Source: Eledone cirrhosa
Taxonomy: Eukaryota
Length of the DNA stretch: 64,000 nucleotides
Assembly: GCA_964016885.1 (NCBI GenBank)
Contig: OZ024741.1
Coordinates: 195,486,001 to 195,550,000, forward strand
Direction of reading: 5' to 3'
Shown here: positions 62,297 through 64,000 of the stretch, piece by piece
Layout: each line of letters begins with the position of its first letter
Numbering within the stretch: position 1 is the first letter of the stretch
Made by a program: the position numbers and the translations under genes
The notes under the pieces: generated by a model
What the model saw: only the letters and a program-made list of their open reading frames with translations
Databases searched by the model: none
What the model was told of the DNA's origin: nothing

Positions 62297-64000
62297 CTAC
62301 AGGATGGTATACAGAGAAGGCCCATTTACACGAGCCATTCTCGCCACTATCACCCACCTTTCATAAAACTGCCTGTGGCCAAGCACCTCTCTCTCCATTC
62401 TTATCCTTCTTCCGAAGTGATATCGGAAGAAGTAGACCAGACTATGGCCAGAGAGGAAGTTGCCTGACCTCAGACCTTTCAATCGTGTCCACCAAACAAC
62501 CTCTTTCAACATGGCTATTACGCACAGAAAAACCGCCTTTGCTTCCTTTATGAAGAGGGGAGGCGGTTTGATTGTCATCACGGACTCGGCGGTCAATTTA
62601 ATCGGCGCCACCCGCGACAGCAGTCGTTCGGCGTAGCCCCACAGATCAGCCACGCCCGGACATTGCACCAATGCGTGCGCAACGGTTTCTTCGTGACGCA
62701 CGCATCTAGGGCAAATCTTTTTTGAGGGATCCCTGCCCGGGCGCCCGTGTCTGTAGAGCCTCTCTCGAACGGGTAGAGCCCCCCAGTAGCACTGCCAGGC
62801 CAGTGACTTCTGGAAGTTGTCCATTGGTCCTGGGCCGAAAGTCCTACCGAACAGGCTGGCCAGTTCGTCCTTTTCCATGTCCAGCGACTCTCCAAGGGTG
62901 TCATCGCCCCTGCTAGCCACCAGCCCTCTATAGAATGATGAGGTGGATTCTCCACCGATGGCCCGGCCCGCTTGCCAGAGAGCCCTGAGCGCCTGGGCAC
63001 ACTCAGTGTGCCAGTCTCCCAGTTTTCCGGATCTTTGCTTGACCCAGGACTGTAGCTCGGTGAGCGAGACGAGTCTCGGAAAGGCTCGTTTCACGAACGG
63101 AGCCCACACCGGTTGACCAGTGAGGAATACCTGTAGGTGCCGTAGCCTTAATGCGTGCCTACGCATCATCAACCACGGCATCCCCAGCCCTCCTTTCGAA
63201 GGTTGTTGGCAGCAGATGGATCTTCTCACCATAGGAGGACGCTTCTTCCAAAGAAATTGGAAGAGCATGCGTTCCATGGTGGTGAGTGTTTCCTTAGGGC
63301 AAGGCACGACAGTCAGGCGGTAGTAAGTGACGGACGCTATGTAAATGTTCGCCACCTCCGCCCGGCCTTTTAGGGACAGCTTACACTTGGCCCATTTCTG
63401 GGTTAGTGCAAACACCTTGTTCGTAACCTCGTTCCAGTTCTTTTCCACCTGGAGGTCCGGTCCAAACCAGACCCCAAGCAACTTTACCGGGCCCTCCGTC
63501 CAGTGTCCGACGACACCGTCAGGAGGCATCGGTCTGCCTCTCCACGTTCCGAGTTGCAGCCCGATGGATTTTTCCCGGTTCAGTTTCGCTCCTGACAACC
63601 TTTCGTACTCCTCCAGTAAGGTACCGATCGCCTCGATCTCCGAGTCGGTTGATACCATTACTGTTACGTCATCGGCGTAGGCCGACACCGCTTTGCTCAA
63701 TCCTGGTTCCAGGGGGATACCCTGCAACAACTCCAACTTCCTCAGTAAAGGCTCGAGAGTCAATACGTACAGAAGGGAGGAGAGAGGGCACCCCTGTCGA
63801 ATGGATCGTGTGATTTCGAACGGCTTCGAAAGGTAGCCGTTCACCTTGATCCTAGAACAGATGTGGTTGCTGTGTAGGGCAGTGATCCAGCCTCTGAAAA
63901 CAGGACCGAACCCAGCCGCCGCTAGCACCGCATCCAGGTAACCATGGTCGACCCTATCGAAGGCCTTAGACTGATCTAAGTTGATCAGGGCCCCACCGAA
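62297..64000 (-). CDS. L1/Tx1-clade LINE ORF2 (RT and CCHC), open to the window edge
   Basis: LDQSKAFDRVDH, IRQGCPLS, AYADD, GGLG, CPRC..ETVAHALVQC; AATAAA near 62090 then (TCTA)n/(TA)n on the minus strand. Confidence 0.92.
   Translation of the reverse strand, partial: FGGALINLDQSKAFDRVDHGYLDAVLAAAGFGPVFRGWITALHSNHICSRIKVNGYLSKPFEITRSIRQGCPLSSLLYVLTLEPLLRKLELLQGIPLEPGLSKAVSAYADDVTVMVSTDSEIEAIGTLLEEYERLSGAKLNREKSIGLQLGTWRGRPMPPDGVVGHWTEGPVKLLGVWFGPDLQVEKNWNEVTNKVFALTQKWAKCKLSLKGRAEVANIYIASVTYYRLTVVPCPKETLTTMERMLFQFLWKKRPPMVRRSICCQQPSKGGLGMPWLMMRRHALRLRHLQVFLTGQPVWAPFVKRAFPRLVSLTELQSWVKQRSGKLGDWHTECAQALRALWQAGRAIGGESTSSFYRGLVASRGDDTLGESLDMEKDELASLFGRTFGPGPMDNFQKSLAWQCYWGALPVRERLYRHGRPGRDPSKKICPRCVRHEETVAHALVQCPGVADLWGYAERLLSRVAPIKLTAESVMTIKPPPLFIKEAKAVFLCVIAMLKEVVWWTRLKGLRSGNFLSGHSLVYFFRYHFGRRIRMEREVLGHRQFYERWVIVARMARVNGPSLYTIL

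Overview
AT-rich metazoan genomic DNA made almost entirely of transposable elements and microsatellites; no host gene could be supported. The SINE/MITE repertoire and (TA)n density suggest a coleoid cephalopod such as Octopus (inference). TE relics include non-LTR retrotransposons (R4/Dong-like, CRE-like, several RTE, L1/Tx1), two Gypsy relics, Helitron pieces, hAT/hATm/piggyBac-type elements, tRNA-derived SINEs and four Penelope-like (PLE) GIY-YIG fragments. The main signal, not explained by the ORF track, is a dense set of type I hammerhead ribozyme (HHR) motifs. I read about 19 by eye on both strands (16 with intact CUGANGA/GAAA cores and closable stems, 3 partly decayed), mostly in cassettes embedded in (TA)n. 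They occur in three architectures: (1) a ~2.9-copy array of an apparently identical 485-bp non-coding monomer with one HHR per unit (56276-57671), as expected for a non-LTR retrozyme making a 485-nt circular RNA; (2) head-to-head foldbacks with mirror-image HHRs; (3) HHRs downstream of PLE endonuclease fragments. All folds were made by eye and no activity is shown.
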